Positions 1-9,634 of a stretch of DNA of 64,000 nucleotides are shown piece after piece. The number at the start of each line of letters is the position of its first letter. Position 1 is the stretch's first letter. Position numbers and translations under genes: made by a program. Under the pieces are notes generated by a model. The model was not told the origin of the DNA. It did not search any database and was given only the letters and a program-made list of their open reading frames with translations. The DNA is from a virus: positions 24,951 through 88,950 of IMG/VR virus record IMGVR_UViG_3300035034_000851, one strand, 5' to 3'.

Positions 1-2768
1 TTATAGCAGATCAATTAACTCAACATGTATCTGAAGATAATGAAGTAGTAAAAAATGCTAATATGATGATTGGAAAATTATCTAATAGAAATGAAATATT
101 ACAAGCAGAAATTGAAAATGAAGCAACTACAGATCGTAGAAAAAGAAGAAATACTGCTACAATAGCTAGTAATAGTAATAAAATAGCTAAATACAAATTG
201 GCTTCTTCAGATGGATATAGAGCTGCAGTATTAGATCAATTAGATAAAGGTAGTTACAAAGATATTTCTGTAATAGAAGCAAGTATTATTGCTCCAATAA
301 TGAATAGTAATTTACTTATTAAATCATTTATGAGAACTCTTAAAGATGGTTATGAATCTTTTAGAGCGGGTTTACATAAATTAGAAAAAGATTCTTTTAA
401 AATATTTAAAGAATTTGAAAACCATAAAGGTAATCAAAATGATGTTGCTAAATTTAATGAAGATATAATTGAAAAAACTGTTAGCCAAGATGGTGAAGAA
501 AATTATGGTTTTGTTCAAAAAATAGATAATCAAACTTATTCTAAAGATAGAAAAGAAATTCAAAATGAAATTGAAGAATATAATAAAACTAACAGTAAAC
601 GTAAAAATTTAAATAAAGAATTATATGAAAGAGGATTAAGAATACGAAGACCTAATGCTGACACTACAGTTACTAATCCTGTTACAAGTAAGCAAATAGT
701 TTTAATGAAAGGTCTTAATACTATTACACAAGACAAAAAAGAACAACTAACTGAAAATGAATATAATAGATGGTACAGTAATAACGTAGCAACTATAAAT
801 GGCAAATTAACTTTAGTAGGTAAAGAAGTTACAATGATAAATGATGTAAGATATTTAAATCCTAAATATACTAAACTTGAAGCTAATAAGCCTGCTAAAA
901 AATACTATGATTATTTGCTAGCAGTACATTATGAAAGTCAAGAAGGTTTACCTAGAAAACTATTTCATAAATTACCTCAAATAGAAAAAAATACAAAAGA
1001 TAGAAGAAGAGAACAAGGAATAGTATCTACTGCTAAACGTAAAGTCTCAACTACTCTTAGTACTTTAGAAGTAATTGATGAAGAAGATTTTGGAAATATT
1101 TCTAATAAAAAAAATGATGGGAAAAGTGTTGCACTACTTTATATCGGTGATATAGGTGCAGAGAATGTCTCATTAGATGTCATGAGTTCTGTATTAGCTT
1201 TTAGAGAAGCTTCAGAAAGATATAAAATTAATTATAAACTACAAGGATTTTCAGAAGCAACACTTGGTGTTGTTCAAAATAATAATCCGTTATCTGATAA
1301 TAATACTGGCTATAGTGAAGCTCGTAATAAAATACCAGGTTTTAATAAATATATGAAAGAATATAATGGCAACAATGTTGCTGCTGCTTTAAACAGTATT
1401 ATAGATATGCATATATATGGAAAGAAAAAAGAATTATCAACTTTAGAAGTATTTGGTCGTAAATTTAATATGAACAAATTAGCTGATACTTTAATGGGTG
1501 CTGCTAGTTTCACACAAATAGGTGGTGATCCAGTGCTAGCTGCAAGTAATAGTTTAACTGCTAATACATCTGTAAGAATGGAAGCTTTTGGTGGTAAACA
1601 TTTTGGCTTTAAACAATGGGCTAAAGCTGCTACTATTTATACTTCTAATGAAAGACAATTTTTAGTTGATTCCAGCCAAGGTGCAAAAACAGGTAAAATA
1701 TCTCAATTATTAGAATTATATGATGCTTTACAAGGTGAGTATACAGATGAATACGGTAGAAAAATGACTCATTCTAAAGTAAAAAAAGCTTTTAGTACAA
1801 GTACTTGGTTTAGTGGTATGCATAAAGGAGAGCATAGAGCTCAAACAAAAACAATGTTAGCTACGCTATTAAACATAGATATATTAGATAACAATGGTAA
1901 TAAAACTAACTTATATGAAGCATATGAAGTAGTTGATGGTGTATTAAGTATTAAGAAAGGGTACACAGGTATAGATGGTAAATCATTAATGCTAATTAAC
2001 ACAAAAGTGAAGCATAAAGTACACGCAATAGCTAGAGAAGCTCAAGGTGTTTATAATGATTTTGATAAAACTTTACTACAACGTCACTGGTTAGGTGAAA
2101 CGTTGTTAATTTATAAGAAATTTATCATTCCTGGTGTAACAAGGAGATTTAGAGGTCTCCATTTCAGTGTAGAAACTGAGGATTTTACTGAAGGATACTT
2201 TACAACTTTCTATTCTAGTTTAAGAAATGAAGGTTTAAGTATGTTTAAACAGTTGTATGAAAAAGATAGTAATTTAACTTCTCTTGAAAAAGAAAATATA
2301 AAAAAGACTCTTGGTGAAATATTAACTATGATGGTTTTTTCATTTTTATCTTTTGCATTTTTTGCTATGAGAGCTAAAATGCCACCTGAAAAAAGAAAAA
2401 TGATGACTTATCTTACTTATTTTACAACAAGATTAACTTCTGAATTAGCATTCTTTAATATGGGACTAGGTGATGTTAGAAATGCAGGATTTCCTTTAAA
2501 TATAAATCCTACTCTAAAGTCTTTTAGAACTCCATTTGCAACATATTCTTTTGTTACTAAAATGTTTAAAAGTTCTGCTGACGCATTTGCGTTAATTAGT
2601 GGTAATGGTAGGTATGAACGTGATATGAAATATACTTTACCTTTTTTAGGAAATATTGCTGATAAAGGTGATCCTAAAGTTTGGAAAGGTATTGCAAAAC
2701 TAATTGGAATGGGTGACAAATTAGGTAATATGGATGAAGCTTTAAAAATTATAAAAGGTTTTGAATAA
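1..2768 (+). CDS. C-terminal part of a giant virion/ejection protein (5' partial)
   Basis: The frame stays open from the window start into the 901-aa ORF. It is the last + gene before a convergent terminator, where crAss-like phages place their huge virion proteins. No catalytic motif recognised. Confidence 0.55.
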   Translation, partial: IADQLTQHVSEDNEVVKNANMMIGKLSNRNEILQAEIENEATTDRRKRRNTATIASNSNKIAKYKLASSDGYRAAVLDQLDKGSYKDISVIEASIIAPIMNSNLLIKSFMRTLKDGYESFRAGLHKLEKDSFKIFKEFENHKGNQNDVAKFNEDIIEKTVSQDGEENYGFVQKIDNQTYSKDRKEIQNEIEEYNKTNSKRKNLNKELYERGLRIRRPNADTTVTNPVTSKQIVLMKGLNTITQDKKEQLTENEYNRWYSNNVATINGKLTLVGKEVTMINDVRYLNPKYTKLEANKPAKKYYDYLLAVHYESQEGLPRKLFHKLPQIEKNTKDRRREQGIVSTAKRKVSTTLSTLEVIDEEDFGNISNKKNDGKSVALLYIGDIGAENVSLDVMSSVLAFREASERYKINYKLQGFSEATLGVVQNNNPLSDNNTGYSEARNKIPGFNKYMKEYNGNNVAAALNSIIDMHIYGKKKELSTLEVFGRKFNMNKLADTLMGAASFTQIGGDPVLAASNSLTANTSVRMEAFGGKHFGFKQWAKAATIYTSNERQFLVDSSQGAKTGKISQLLELYDALQGEYTDEYGRKMTHSKVKKAFSTSTWFSGMHKGEHRAQTKTMLATLLNIDILDNNGNKTNLYEAYEVVDGVLSIKKGYTGIDGKSLMLINTKVKHKVHAIAREAQGVYNDFDKTLLQRHWLGETLLIYKKFIIPGVTRRFRGLHFSVETEDFTEGYFTTFYSSLRNEGLSMFKQLYEKDSNLTSLEKENIKKTLGEILTMMVFSFLSFAFFAMRAKMPPEKRKMMTYLTYFTTRLTSELAFFNMGLGDVRNAGFPLNINPTLKSFRTPFATYSFVTKMFKSSADAFALISGNGRYERDMKYTLPFLGNIADKGDPKVWKGIAKLIGMGDKLGNMDEALKIIKGFE

Positions 2769-2779
2769 TATGTAATAAA

Positions 2780-2798
2780 GGGGAGATTTATTCTCCCC
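2780..2798. terminator. Hairpin between convergent gene blocks
   Basis: GGGGAG-atttatt-CTCCCC between the + and - blocks, with a U-run on the - strand. Confidence 0.7.
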
Positions 2799-2819
2799 AG
2801 TATTACTAACAGAATGTCA

Positions 2820-3005
2820 CTATTTTTCAAGTGCATAATCTTTAAGTTCAGGTTTAAAACTATTAGTATTATGTTCTTCTAATACTAATTCATTGTTGTC
2901 AAGAATTATTATTCTATCAATCCAACTTACTTCCTGAACTGCTTTAATTTTTTTAGTTTTATGTTTCCATACTTTAAATGGAATTTTTAAATCATGTAAT
3001 CTCAT
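2820..3005 (-). CDS. Hypothetical protein
   Basis: 61-aa ORF overlapping the SET gene stop; last gene of the - block. Confidence 0.5.
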   Translation of the reverse strand: MRLHDLKIPFKVWKHKTKKIKAVQEVSWIDRIIILDNNELVLEEHNTNSFKPELKDYALEK

Positions 3006-3309
3006 ACAAGGTATAATTTACAGTTAATTCTTCTCCTATTTCAATATTTTTAATAGGAACTAAAGTATAATAACATACACAACAGATATTCATTCCATCA
3101 TCAAAGTTGTGTTCAATTTTTTCACAATTAGGTTCATCAGAATGATTGTAGAACCCTCCAAGAGGTGTTCTAATCAATCCATTCCAAACAGTGTGTATAT
3201 GTGATGTTCCAAGTGATTTGCCAGCTTCTAAAGGCTCTACAGCAAACAATCCTAATCCCTCTATAAGGGAATTTTTTATGGTTAAATTTTTAGGTAATGG
3301 TCTATACAT
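2992..3309 (-). CDS. SET-domain protein (lysine methyltransferase fold)
   Basis: SET motifs GLGLFA, NHSDEPNC and GEELTVNY. Confidence 0.85.
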   Translation of the reverse strand: MYRPLPKNLTIKNSLIEGLGLFAVEPLEAGKSLGTSHIHTVWNGLIRTPLGGFYNHSDEPNCEKIEHNFDDGMNICCVCYYTLVPIKNIEIGEELTVNYTLYEIT

Positions 3310-3694
3310 TTTTATTATACCATTTTATAAAATCAATAACATCATTGTAAGTATTTTTTATAAATTTAGTGTTTATGTATATACCCCCATCACTAATCAT
3401 ATTGCTAGTATTATTTAAATATTCAACATAACAATCTTTACTTTTTATTTTATCAATTACTGGTATAAGCCAATCCCAAGAAATATTATAAATAAAATCA
3501 CTTAATGAACCATTATTATTTATATTTGTATAATAAGGAGGTAATATTCTATTTTTATCATTATTTTGTAAATAATTTTTACCATATTTAGGATGTGTTT
3601 TCCAACCCATAAATTCGGCAATTAATTTATTATTAGTTTTAATCATTGTATTTATTTGTATAAAAATAATATTTGTGAGATTTACCCCAAACAT
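3302..3694 (-). CDS. Conserved phage protein (NKLIAEFM...SWDWL family); real start probably at MIKTNNK
   Basis: Paralogous to 18321..18674. Confidence 0.6.
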   Translation of the reverse strand: MFGVNLTNIIFIQINTMIKTNNKLIAEFMGWKTHPKYGKNYLQNNDKNRILPPYYTNINNNGSLSDFIYNISWDWLIPVIDKIKSKDCYVEYLNNTSNMISDGGIYINTKFIKNTYNDVIDFIKWYNKNV

Positions 3695-3905
3695 TTATAG
3701 GTTTAAACATTGACAAAGTATTTCTAAGCATTAGATTAAAATCTATATGCTGGTATCTTGATCTGCCATGTACATCCATCTGAAACTTTACTTTATGTCC
3801 TTTATCTATAAATTTTTTAGCTTGAACTATCCTATAGGATAAATCATGATCTGAAATTTGAATACTAAGCTTAATTGTTTTATCTTTTTTTAATTTTTCC
3901 GCCAC
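3639..3905 (-). CDS. infC: Translation initiation factor IF3, C-terminal domain only
   Basis: KTIKLSIQISDHDLSYRIVQAKKFIDKGHKVKFQMDVHGR matches the IF3-CTD pattern. Start is probably GTG at 3905 (in-frame ATT at 3908). Confidence 0.75.
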   Translation of the reverse strand: MAEKLKKDKTIKLSIQISDHDLSYRIVQAKKFIDKGHKVKFQMDVHGRSRYQHIDFNLMLRNTLSMFKPINVWGKSHKYYFYTNKYND

Positions 3906-4069
3906 AATACTATATATTTTCTTAAAGTAAAACTTAAATCTGCAGTATCTGTATACCACAATCTAATGCATTTTTTTTCGTCTATGTCTATTCTAGGTTT
4001 TAAAACTTCTTCTATAGCCCATATTATTGTTATTGCTAAACATATCATTATTATTATCGCTTGTACCAT
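3890..4069 (-). CDS. Small membrane protein (59 aa, not in ORF track)
   Basis: Hand translation MVQAIIMMICLAITIIWAIEEVLKPRID...; overlaps both neighbours. Confidence 0.5.
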   Translation of the reverse strand: MVQAIIIMICLAITIIWAIEEVLKPRIDIDEKKCIRLWYTDTADLSFTLRKYIVLWRKN

Positions 4070-4194
4070 GTGTCTAATTCTATTCTATTTGTTGTTAGAG
4101 TTTTATAATGCTCTAATATTTCTATTTGTCTGGGAGTTGGGTTGTTAAAAATTACATGCCCATACTTAGGATGTTTTAATTTAATTTCACTCAT
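4054..4194 (-). CDS. Hypothetical protein (46 aa, not in ORF track)
   Basis: Hand translation MSEIKLKHPKYGHVIF...WYKR; fills the gap between neighbours. Confidence 0.45.
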   Translation of the reverse strand: MSEIKLKHPKYGHVIFNNPTPRQIEILEHYKTLTTNRIELDTWYKR

Positions 4195-4558
4195 ACTTTA
4201 TTATTCTAACTTTTAATTTTTTTTCTTTAGCTATATTAATCATATGTTCAGTACCTTTAGATTTACCATCCCAAAAAGCAATTAAAGAATCAGCATTTTC
4301 TGCCATTTTTACATTTCTAAGATAACCTGCACTTTTACCATGAGTATCCCAATCAGCTCTTATAATTTCTAATTGATGTAAATTCTCTACAGCATACTTT
4401 TCACCAAGATGGTCTGCACCATTGGCACCTCCACTAATTATAGTTACAAATTTAAATTTTGATAATATTTTATCACATTTTTCTTTTAAAACTGTATAAT
4501 TATTAAATTTTCTGCTTCCTGCTATTATTACTCTAATTTCCTGTAAGTTCATCTTCAA
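4187..4558 (-). CDS. SLOG-superfamily (DUF2493/YspA-like) protein
   Basis: IIAGSR, ISGGANGAD, AGYLRN, AFWDGKSKGT motifs. Confidence 0.85.
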   Translation of the reverse strand: MKMNLQEIRVIIAGSRKFNNYTVLKEKCDKILSKFKFVTIISGGANGADHLGEKYAVENLHQLEIIRADWDTHGKSAGYLRNVKMAENADSLIAFWDGKSKGTEHMINIAKEKKLKVRIIKYE

Positions 4559-4802
4559 TAGCTAAATTTTTATATTTTTCATACATTTCATCAAAATTCT
4601 TTTTATCTTTATCTAAAGCTGATTTAATTAAATGTTTAGCTTGTTCTAAATCAAATCCAGGACCTTCTTTTAAATATAAAGATAAAACATAATTTAAATA
4701 ACTTCTAGAACTTGAATGTTCATGTATAGCTTCAAAAGCAGGTTTTAAAAATCTATTATGATATATTTTTTTAATTTCCTGTTGAGCCATGTCCTTTATC
4801 AT
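4533..4802 (-). CDS. Hypothetical protein
   Basis: ORF in the operon. Confidence 0.5.
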   Translation of the reverse strand: MIKDMAQQEIKKIYHNRFLKPAFEAIHEHSSSRSYLNYVLSLYLKEGPGFDLEQAKHLIKSALDKDKKNFDEMYEKYKNLAIEDELTGN

Positions 4803-5199
4803 CTCTAATAGTTTCAGTTAATTCCTCAACTTCATTAAATTCTATTTGTTCTATAGGTTCAATTATCATTTGAGCAATTCTTTCACCAGCTTTATAATCT
4901 CCCATACCTCTAATTACTGCAAAAGTTACTTTAATTTCACCTCTATAGTCTGAATCTATTATACCTACACTGTTTCTAAAGAACATTCCAGTGTTTCTAA
5001 CAGAACTTCTGGGATAAATTTTACCAACATACCCTTTAGGTATTTCAATAGCTATACCAGTTCCATACTCAATATAACCATATTCTTTTTCTTCTATTGT
5101 TTTTTTACTTATAGCAACTAAATCAACTGCAGCAGCTCCTTCTGAAGCATAAAAAGGTGTTCTAGCTTTTCTTTGTAATTTTTTATAATTTATTTTCAT
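4771..5199 (-). CDS. dut: Trimeric dUTPase
   Basis: AAVDL, PRSS, GIIDSDYRGE, RIAQ and RDDKGHGSTG motifs. Confidence 0.95.
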   Translation of the reverse strand: MKINYKKLQRKARTPFYASEGAAAVDLVAISKKTIEEKEYGYIEYGTGIAIEIPKGYVGKIYPRSSVRNTGMFFRNSVGIIDSDYRGEIKVTFAVIRGMGDYKAGERIAQMIIEPIEQIEFNEVEELTETIRDDKGHGSTGN

Positions 5200-5842
5200 T
5201 TATGTTATATTTTTAAACATTAAATAATTATTCCAAGATTCTTTTTTAAGCTTTTTAAATGTATTATTACTTATTTCTACATATGCTTTAAAAAAAGAAG
5301 GCTTTATTTCACTTCTTATTCTAGCATCTTCTTGTGATTCAGCTTTCACAAAACCACAAAGAGTACCGCTATCATTAGGACCTCCATCCATCATTTGTAA
5401 TATTTTATATATTTTCATTTAATTAATTAAAGTTTGTTCAATTTCTGCAAAATATTCATATTCATCATCTTTTTCTATATCTTCATTAAATTTAGCCATC
5501 TCTTGTTCAAGTAACTCTGCTTCTTTTAAAGTATATCTAGATGCTATATGATAATTATATTTACCTTCTTTATTTCTTTTTTTTAATTTTTTAAAAATTA
5601 CTATTGAATGTTCCATTATTTATTTGTGTGTTTTTTTTATTTTTAATTCTTACATCTTTATCTAATCGTTTTAAATAATTTCTAGCATTACCTTTATCAT
5701 AAAATCCATAAATAGATTTCCATATATTTCTATTAAGATTAATCATTTTTTCAATAATATATTGATTTTCTTTAAAAAAAGTGTTAGGATTATCATTATA
5801 AATTAATCTCCAATTATTTTTTTGACATATTAAATATTTCAT
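5200..5842 (-). CDS. Three small hypothetical proteins (5200-5418, 5419-5616, 5591-5842)
   Basis: Abutting ORFs with ATG starts. Confidence 0.5.
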
Positions 5843-6537
5843 TCATTTGTATGTTTTTCGTGGTGATCTATATAAATATTTATTTTAGAATTCATTATAA
5901 GTAATAATTCTTCAAAACTAATAGGTCTATATTCACCAAATAATCTGTTAATATTGTCAACTCCTACATCCATAGTTTTATGCATACTGTAAAAGTCATT
6001 AACTTGTTTTTCTATACCTTGAGATTTAGATTCAGTATCTAATGAAGCATGTGAATGCCCATATAGCATCCAACTACCATGATGAGATTTATTCCAAACT
6101 CTCATAGCATAGTGATTCAATACAATCTTCTGTGAACCTTTCCAAGGGTCTCTGTTAGGATTTGTACCTTCTAACGGATACTTTTCAGTAAACTCTAAAC
6201 CAGGGCTTATACCTTTGTTAAAAAGCTTTAAACTTTCTTCAAAGTTTTTAGTTATTAAATGATCATGATTACCCAAAATTAAGTGTATGTTATTACACTT
6301 AATTTTAGATATGTAGTATTTTAAATCATTAAAATCTCTACCAAAATATACATCACCTAAGATATATAATTCATCCTTTATTTTTACATATTCATTAATT
6401 TTATCAATAATATGCCTAGACATTTCTAGTTCATCAGCAAAATCTCTTAAAGATTCTGGATCAGCATGAGACCAATTAGTTTGGTGCTTAACTATGTTTC
6501 TTTGATTTAAGTGTAAATCACTTGTGAACCATTTCAT
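5839..6537 (-). CDS. Calcineurin-like metallophosphoesterase
   Basis: Intact SDLH, LGD, GNHD and GHSH motifs. Confidence 0.9.
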   Translation of the reverse strand: MKWFTSDLHLNQRNIVKHQTNWSHADPESLRDFADELEMSRHIIDKINEYVKIKDELYILGDVYFGRDFNDLKYYISKIKCNNIHLILGNHDHLITKNFEESLKLFNKGISPGLEFTEKYPLEGTNPNRDPWKGSQKIVLNHYAMRVWNKSHHGSWMLYGHSHASLDTESKSQGIEKQVNDFYSMHKTMDVGVDNINRLFGEYRPISFEELLLIMNSKINIYIDHHEKHTNE

Positions 6538-6808
6538 CTTCTTTAAATATTCTATCTATTTCTTTTTCCCAAATATGTATTTTATCACTATCAGCATACA
6601 CTCTACTGGTAAAAAATTTCTGTTTTATTTGAGCATAAGTAAAATCTGGATTTTCTTTAATCTCTTCTGTAAACTCTTTATCCAAATAATCTATTACTTT
6701 TTGATTGTTTAAATCTAATCCACGATGTCTGCCTTCTATATAATTTTTGTATTTTTCGTTAAATTCTATTCTATTCATAATATTTTTTATTGAAAATTTT
6801 TTCTCCAA
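6518..6808 (-). CDS. Conserved hypothetical protein
   Basis: QIKQKF..SRVY pattern seen in small phage proteins. Confidence 0.5.
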   Translation of the reverse strand: MEKKFSIKNIMNRIEFNEKYKNYIEGRHRGLDLNNQKVIDYLDKEFTEEIKENPDFTYAQIKQKFFTSRVYADSDKIHIWEKEIDRIFKEDEMVHK

Positions 6809-7230
6809 TTTTTATAATCAGGAACACTTAGTATTCCTAAGTTATGAACTAAATTATTATGTTGTTTTTTTAACATAATTTCTAAACGAATATTTTGTTT
6901 TAAACTAACTTCTAACAACACTAAATAATTAATCATGTCTCCTATTTTTTCATCAACAGTTTCTTCTTTTGGAAGTTTACCTGATTTTGTATCTTCTACA
7001 ATATCCATTATAGATACTAAATGTTTAGTAGCCATACCCCATAAAGCTTTTTCTCTTGTTTCTTTATTGGTAATAGAAGCTACATTAAAATTATGTAATC
7101 TATCTCCATTCCTAACATACTCTTTAGCTTTTACACCTAAAATATTTTTTGTTTGTACCAATCTTTCTTCTAATACATTAGTAAAAAATTGTTCAGATAC
7201 TTTGTGAATATTATTTATTTCTTTGTCCAT
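6787..7230 (-). CDS. Nucleotide-modification-associated / all-alpha NTP-PPase-like protein (DUF1599-like)
   Basis: KAKEY...DRLHNF...KH...DEKIGDMINY pattern. Confidence 0.6.
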   Translation of the reverse strand: MDKEINNIHKVSEQFFTNVLEERLVQTKNILGVKAKEYVRNGDRLHNFNVASITNKETREKALWGMATKHLVSIMDIVEDTKSGKLPKEETVDEKIGDMINYLVLLEVSLKQNIRLEIMLKKQHNNLVHNLGILSVPDYKNWRKNFQ

Positions 7231-7444
7231 ATTGTTTAATTTTAAATTTTAATTGATTTTTGTATATTTCTAAATCTTTTCCTTTTAAAGAATTGTAATT
7301 TAAAGTTAATTGTACTTGTAAATCAGCCATTTCTTTTATAAATTCTTTTTTTCTAGCTTTTTTATCTCTAGGTTTTGTTTTAAGTTGAATAGCTGCAGCT
7401 ATTAATTCTGCAGCTTCTTCAACTAATTTATTTCTAATCTTCAT
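7211..7444 (-). CDS. MazG-like pyrophosphohydrolase
   Basis: KLVEEAAEL...EMAD motif. Confidence 0.55.
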   Translation of the reverse strand: MKIRNKLVEEAAELIAAAIQLKTKPRDKKARKKEFIKEMADLQVQLTLNYNSLKGKDLEIYKNQLKFKIKQYGQRNK

Positions 7445-7625
7445 TGTCTCTAGTTATAACAGATTTGTGTCGAGGTAATGGCAAAGAACTTGGCTTAAAA
7501 ACTGTTGTCATTAATACACCAAATTTCTTTAAGTCTCTTTCTCTAATATCTTGCAATATTAAACCTATTAATTTTCCAGATTGATCATAAAAATCATCTA
7601 TTACTTTTTCTCTTTTATTACTCAT
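7434..7625 (-). CDS. Hypothetical protein
   Basis: ORF in the operon. Confidence 0.4.
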   Translation of the reverse strand: MSNKREKVIDDFYDQSGKLIGLILQDIRERDLKKFGVLMTTVFKPSSLPLPRHKSVITRDNED

Positions 7626-8150
7626 TTAAATTTTTAATATTTTTTCTATTTTTACAGAATTTTTATCTGTAGAATTTCCAACACTATAGAAATTTAATGT
7701 ACCATTTTCTTTATTTTTCCAATCTAATAAAGGATAATGAGATAAAACTACATTAGGTTTGTCATTAAATTCTATAAAATACATATCAAAAGTTTCATTA
7801 AATAAATCTTTAGCTTCTACAGAAAAATCAGTAACATGTTTAGTTAATCCAAGTCTTTTATCTTCAATAATAACTTTACTAAAAACACTACTTTTATATG
7901 TCCAATAATAGTTAAGTAAAATCATATTTTCTCTAATTACTATATCATTATTTCCAAATAAAAAATATATATTATTACAATTAATATCTTCTCTAACTTT
8001 TCCTATTTTTCTTAATTCCATTTCCCAATTACCCATAAAAAATAAAACATCATTTTCTTTATATAATTGATTTAATTCTTTAATAGTAAGTTCTATATTT
8101 TGTTTAAAATCAAAAAATCCTATGTTATAATTATTTTCATTAAACTTCAT
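7626..8150 (-). CDS. Degenerate metallophosphoesterase paralogue
   Basis: Aligns with 5839..6537 (DVLFFMGN, IYFLFGNND, VVLSHYPLLDW) but lacks the metal-binding residues. Confidence 0.6.
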   Translation of the reverse strand: MKFNENNYNIGFFDFKQNIELTIKELNQLYKENDVLFFMGNWEMELRKIGKVREDINCNNIYFLFGNNDIVIRENMILLNYYWTYKSSVFSKVIIEDKRLGLTKHVTDFSVEAKDLFNETFDMYFIEFNDKPNVVLSHYPLLDWKNKENGTLNFYSVGNSTDKNSVKIEKILKI

Positions 8151-9453
8151 CTTCTTTAAAATTTATAAAATATTTTTGTTTTTTTCTTATTGAAGATATT
8201 AAATTATAAGTGTTATTTAGATATTTATAAAATATAGGAGAATTATCACCATTTTCTATTCTTAATACTAACCCTTTAGTTAAAGATTTTTTATCTAAAT
8301 TTGACTTTTTTTCTGACAAATTTGACAATATTTTATCTAAAGTAAGAACTGTTCCATAATTAACTAATTTTATATCTTTATACACTTGTTCATTTTCAAA
8401 ATTAGTTTTAAAATAAGACAAACCTATTTCAGGGACATGACTTACATTTAATTTAGAACATCTTTTTTTAACTTGGCTCCATGATAAATCAATAACTTTT
8501 CCATTTTCTAAAGTATTTGTTATTCTATGTATAAATACATCATAAGTACCAGGTTTGTAACTATAAGTAAAAGGTATGTTATCTCCATAACAATTTTTTA
8601 AAGTAGATACAGCTCCTGAACCTAATATATGTTTAAACAAAGATACGTTAAAATTAGGTACAAAACTATTTTTTTCATTTTTAAAACCAACAGCAGTGTA
8701 ATATATAGTTTCTCCTTTGTTTAATTTGTATTTAAATAATTTAGATGCATCATAGGAAGTTCCAAATTTAGAACTAAACATTAAAAATTTATTACCATAA
8801 ACAAATTTGTAATCTCGTATTTTATTAGAAAATAAAGTTTTAAGTTTATTTATAAAATTATCTTTTTGATCAACTTTTAAAAAACCACATCTTCCTGAAT
8901 ATCCTTCAAGCATTTCTGTTATTACAACAGGATTACTATTTGCCAATCCTTTAAAATCTGAAAACATTGGCTTAATTATAATATCTCTTTTAAATTGTTT
9001 ATTTAATTTAGTTAAAGGATTATCAAGAGTTGTTTTAAAACTTTCATCTATTCCTATTGTAATTGTTATATAATTAAAAGAAAAACCTTTAGTATTATTA
9101 TTTAAACAACTAATATTTTTTAATAAAATGTAATTTTCTAAAACATTAAAAGGTAAAAACAAAGCTGAAGTTAATACACCTCGTATTAATTTAGGTTTTA
9201 CTACGCCAGATTTAGACATAATACCATGTTTCATAATATTTTTATTTAAAGTATTATCTTTAAATAAGTTTAGTTCTTTTAAAAGCAATGGGTCTAATAT
9301 AGTTCCTGTAGGAAATAATAACCCTCTAGTATATAATTGAATTTCATTTGAAACAACAACTACATCATTATTAATTCTAGATACTTTAATATATTTAGAA
9401 TCAACAATTTCTTTTAAATTAGTTATTTGTACTACTGTAAATTGTCCTACCAT
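8140..9453 (-). CDS. RNA ligase-like protein (DRB0094/Rnl2 type) with degenerate active site
   Basis: N-terminal OB-like region (LIRGVLTSALFLP), VITEMLEGYSG at motif I, HVPE, KGLVLR. Confidence 0.7.
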   Translation of the reverse strand: MVGQFTVVQITNLKEIVDSKYIKVSRINNDVVVVSNEIQLYTRGLLFPTGTILDPLLLKELNLFKDNTLNKNIMKHGIMSKSGVVKPKLIRGVLTSALFLPFNVLENYILLKNISCLNNNTKGFSFNYITITIGIDESFKTTLDNPLTKLNKQFKRDIIIKPMFSDFKGLANSNPVVITEMLEGYSGRCGFLKVDQKDNFINKLKTLFSNKIRDYKFVYGNKFLMFSSKFGTSYDASKLFKYKLNKGETIYYTAVGFKNEKNSFVPNFNVSLFKHILGSGAVSTLKNCYGDNIPFTYSYKPGTYDVFIHRITNTLENGKVIDLSWSQVKKRCSKLNVSHVPEIGLSYFKTNFENEQVYKDIKLVNYGTVLTLDKILSNLSEKKSNLDKKSLTKGLVLRIENGDNSPIFYKYLNNTYNLISSIRKKQKYFINFKEDEV

Positions 9454-9600
9454 AATTCTTCATCTTTTTCCATTAATCCAACAGCTAAATCTAAATCTTC
9501 AATACATTCATAACAACCTATTTCAGGATCTAAAATTTTTGTATTATGTATTCCACATTTTCTTGTTATTTTCTCATTTTTTGACATATTTTTATTAAAA

Positions 9601-9623
9601 AAAGGGAGCTATTAACTCCCTTT
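9601..9623 (-). terminator. Rho-independent terminator after RNR
   Basis: AAAGGGAG-ctattaa-CTCCCTTT hairpin followed by a U-run on the - strand. Confidence 0.75.
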
Positions 9624-9634
9624 GTATTTTTAAA

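Noticed and set aside
3906-3959. N-terminal extension of IF3 given in the ORF track
   Set aside because: It overlaps the upstream 59-aa membrane ORF and does not resemble the IF3 N-domain.
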